Source: an uncultured Gammaproteobacteria bacterium
GTDB lineage: Bacteria; Pseudomonadota; Gammaproteobacteria; UBA9214
NCBI GenBank assembly: GCA_963748215.1
Contig: CAVVHS010000006.1
Location: 339,259 to 403,258 of the forward strand
Direction of reading: 5' to 3'
DNA length: 64,000 nt
Position numbers and translations under genes: made by a program. Below the pieces are notes generated by a model. The model was given only the letters and a program-made list of their open reading frames with translations. It was not told the origin of the DNA and did not search any database. The first letter of the stretch is position 1; each line of letters begins with the position of its first letter. Positions 61,209 through 64,000 of this stretch are shown piece by piece.

Positions 61209-63605
61209 TTATTCGGCGGCCACCTTTGCCTTGGGTTGTTCGGGAGGCGTACCGGAATCGCCGCCGCTGTTGTCGTGTGCGGCCGGTGGTTTCGGCTGCG
61301 ACGGTTCCCTGGTTGCGGGTGCGTCGCCGGCCGGTTTCTTCGCGGCCTCGGTTGTCGGTGACGTGGCATTAGCAGCAGCGGTGCGGGCCCCGGATGTCTC
61401 GCGCGTGTTGCCACTGCCTGTGGCGGCCGCTGCAGCACCCGATGTGCGCTTGCCATCCTCGGTGCCGGTTGAAGTCTTTTCCTTCGAATCACTCGCCGCA
61501 GGCGCGTTGCCGGATGCGGCCTGGTTACCTGCAGTGCCCGCTGCGTTATCCTGGGTGCGGGTTTGTGTGCTGCGCCGGCGCCCGCCGCGGCGCCCGCGCC
61601 GGGAACTGCGTCGCGGTGTCGTCTGGCTGTCGTCCTGCGCGGGAGTGCCTGACTCTGCGGCTTGTGCATCGGGCTTGACTGCAGGCTGCGCGGTTTTCCG
61701 GGTGTCGCCCTGGCGTGCCTGGGCGGTCTTGCCCTGGCGGCTGGTGCGGCTGCCCTGGCGTTCATCCGGCCGCCGGCCGGTGCTGCGCCGGCTGCTGCTG
61801 CCGCTGCGGGTGCCATCGCGGCCGCTCTCACGCTGACGTGTGACCGGGCGGCTGCGTTCCGTTTCGCGCTGGCCACCTTGCTTCGGCTGTTCCGTATCAC
61901 CGCTGCTGCCGAACAGGCTGCCGAATACCCGTTTCAGCAGGCCGGGTTTCGCTTCTGCCCCGGGTGCTGCCGGTACCGGAGCGGGAGCCGGTGCGGGTGT
62001 TGGCGGCGCCACGGACTGCACGGCAGGTACTTCCGCTTCCGCCCGTACCTCCTCAAACGGCGCCTGAGTCTCGACGTCCTCACGTGTCAGCGCCAGGTCG
62101 TAGCTGGCCTGCTGCCGTACGGTGCCGACCTCGTCGGCGCGGATACGCTGGATATCGAAATTCGGTGTTTCGAGTGCCGGTGTCGGGATCAGCATGACAG
62201 CAATCTTGTGACGTGCTTCCAGCATCGCCAGCAGGTCGCGCTTTTCGTTGAGCAGGAAGGTGCCGACATCGACCGGTACGTGTGCGATCACGCGTGCCGT
62301 GTTCTCCTTCATGACTTCTTCCTCGATCACGCGCAGTACGGACAGCGACAGTGATTCGACACCGCGAATGGTGCCCTGGCCGGTGCAGCGCGGGCAGACG
62401 ATCTGGCTGGATTCGCCGAGCGACGGTCGCAGGCGCTGACGTGACATCTCCAGCAGGCCGAAGCGCGAGATGCGGCCGATCTGAACCCGCGCGCGGTCCA
62501 GCTTGAGGGCGTCGCGCAGGCGGTTCTCCACTTCGCGCAAGTTGCGCGCCGGCTGCATGTCGATGAAATCGATCACTACCAGGCCACCAAGATCACGGAT
62601 GCGCAGCTGGCGGGCGACTTCGTCGGCCGCCTCCAGGTTGGTGTTCAGGGCAGTTTCCTCGATATCGCCACCCTTGGTGGCGCGCGCCGAGTTCACGTCG
62701 ATCGCGATCAGTGCCTCGGTGTGGTCGATGACCACCGCGCCGCCGGATGGCAGGCGCACCTCGCGCTTGAAGGCGGACTCGATCTGGGACTCGATCTGGA
62801 AGCGGTTGAACAGGGGGATGGTTTCCTGGTAAAGCTTCAGCTTGCTCAGGTTGTGCGGCATTACCCGTTCCATGAATTCCTTGGCCGTCTCGATGACTTC
62901 ATTGCTGTCGATGAGGATTTCGGCAACGTCGTTGCGCAGGTAGTCGCGCAGGGCGCGGATGATGACGTTGCTTTCCTGGTACACCAGAAACGGGGCGGGG
63001 CGTTCGGTGGCTGCGCTCTCGATGACACTCCACAGGTGGGTCAGGTAGTCGAGATCCCACTGCAGTTCCTCGCTGCTGCGCCCGATGCCGGCGGTTCGCA
63101 CGATCACGCCCATGCCCTCCGGGATGTTCATGGCGGCCATGGCCTCACGCACCAGGTCGCGATCCTCGCCCTGGATGCGCCGTGACACGCCACCGGCGCG
63201 CGGGTTGTTTGGCATCAGCACCATGTAGCGGCCGGCCAGGCTGATGAAAGTGGTCAGTGCGGCACCCTTGTTACCGCGCTCTTCCTTTTCGACCTGCACC
63301 ACCAGTTCCTGGCCTTCGTGGAGGGCATCCTTGATGCTGAGCCGGCCGCCCGCCTCGCGTGCGGATTCACTGAAATAGCTGCGTGCGATTTCCTTCAGCG
63401 GCAGGAAACCGTGCCGGTTGCCGCCGTAATCGATGAAGGCCGCCTCGAGACTGGGCTCGATGCGGGTTATCTTTCCCTTGTAGACATTGGACTTTTTCTG
63501 CCCGCGGGCGGGGACTTCTATATCAAGGTCGTAGAGTTTCTGGCCATCGACCATGGCAACACGCAATTCTTCGGGCTGCGTGGTGTTGATAAGCATTCTT
63601 TTCAT
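61209..63605 (-). CDS. rne: Ribonuclease E
   Basis: [30 protein letters not shown]... S1 and DNase I-like catalytic domains, with an Arg/Pro/Ala-rich low-complexity C-terminal scaffold. The track ORF starts 11 codons upstream. Confidence 0.9.
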   Translation of the reverse strand: MKRMLINTTQPEELRVAMVDGQKLYDLDIEVPARGQKKSNVYKGKITRIEPSLEAAFIDYGGNRHGFLPLKEIARSYFSESAREAGGRLSIKDALHEGQELVVQVEKEERGNKGAALTTFISLAGRYMVLMPNNPRAGGVSRRIQGEDRDLVREAMAAMNIPEGMGVIVRTAGIGRSSEELQWDLDYLTHLWSVIESAATERPAPFLVYQESNVIIRALRDYLRNDVAEILIDSNEVIETAKEFMERVMPHNLSKLKLYQETIPLFNRFQIESQIESAFKREVRLPSGGAVVIDHTEALIAIDVNSARATKGGDIEETALNTNLEAADEVARQLRIRDLGGLVVIDFIDMQPARNLREVENRLRDALKLDRARVQIGRISRFGLLEMSRQRLRPSLGESSQIVCPRCTGQGTIRGVESLSLSVLRVIEEEVMKENTARVIAHVPVDVGTFLLNEKRDLLAMLEARHKIAVMLIPTPALETPNFDIQRIRADEVGTVRQQASYDLALTREDVETQAPFEEVRAEAEVPAVQSVAPPTPAPAPAPVPAAPGAEAKPGLLKRVFGSLFGSSGDTEQPKQGGQRETERSRPVTRQRESGRDGTRSGSSSRRSTGRRPDERQGSRTSRQGKTAQARQGDTRKTAQPAVKPDAQAAESGTPAQDDSQTTPRRSSRRGRRGGRRRSTQTRTQDNAAGTAGNQAASGNAPAASDSKEKTSTGTEDGKRTSGAAAAATGSGNTRETSGARTAAANATSPTTEAAKKPAGDAPATREPSQPKPPAAHDNSGGDSGTPPEQPKAKVAAE

Positions 63606-64000
63606 GTTTTTTGTCTCTGTTGCGCTCGACCCGGTCACGCCGCAACCTTACCGGCCGGCTGGCCGGTACCGCGACACGCAGCCAGCCGGTACGGGGTATC
63701 GTGATACCCGCCAGCAGTGCCAGACTGTACGTGACGAACAGTAGTTCTACGTATTCCATGGGAGCGATTGTCATTAATCAGGATTTCTACAGCATCATGC
63801 TGAACAACTATGGAGATGCCTGGCCGGTATTGCGCCCACCATCACCATAAATAAACAGGTAACTTCGGCAATCGCCGGGCAGGCGTGCTGCCGGCCCGTA
63901 GCCTTCGCCGAGGCTGAACTATAGCAATGTTACCGAGCGCCCGCAAACAACTTCAACTGATACAAACAGGTGATTCCCTGTACAATTTCCGGTTGGAACC

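Overview
High-GC (~63%) gammaproteobacterial chromosome segment whose housekeeping synteny is Pseudomonas/E. coli-like: uvrY(gacA)-uvrC-pgsA-tRNA Gly/Cys/Leu; gltX-glnS-tRNA Ala/Glu; lolCD-comEC-exbBD-lpxK-ycaR-kdsB-ptp-rne. The left 15 kb carries a complete reverse dissimilatory sulfite reductase operon on the minus strand, dsrA-B-E-F-H-C-M-K-L-J-O-P-N-R. Instead of dsrS it ends in a HAMP-GAF sensor kinase, a NarL-type response regulator and a rhodanese gene. The reading frames of dsrA, dsrB, dsrE, dsrK and dsrL, and the C-terminus of dinB, are broken by at least 14 single-base frameshifts, while about 45 kb of other coding sequence is intact. Between the dsr operon and grxC-cysG lies a ~10 kb accessory-looking segment dense in Fe(II)/2-oxoglutarate oxygenase-superfamily genes. 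It also holds a cysteine-less DsrC paralog, a TrpD2 homolog and a three-gene operon whose last gene has Cas6f-like C-terminal features with no CRISPR array. Other notable elements: a ~1.8 kb ~40%-GC islet encoding an orphan hybrid histidine kinase; an SOS (LexA) box on dinB followed by a short SRAP-like gene; three tandem 170-bp copies of the tRNA-Glu 3' end plus terminator hairpin; a PilZ-TM-SPOR protein; and a LapD/LapG c-di-GMP module with a LuxR solo and long decayed-looking intergenic gaps. All calls rest on sequence and motif recognition by eye; no searches were run.
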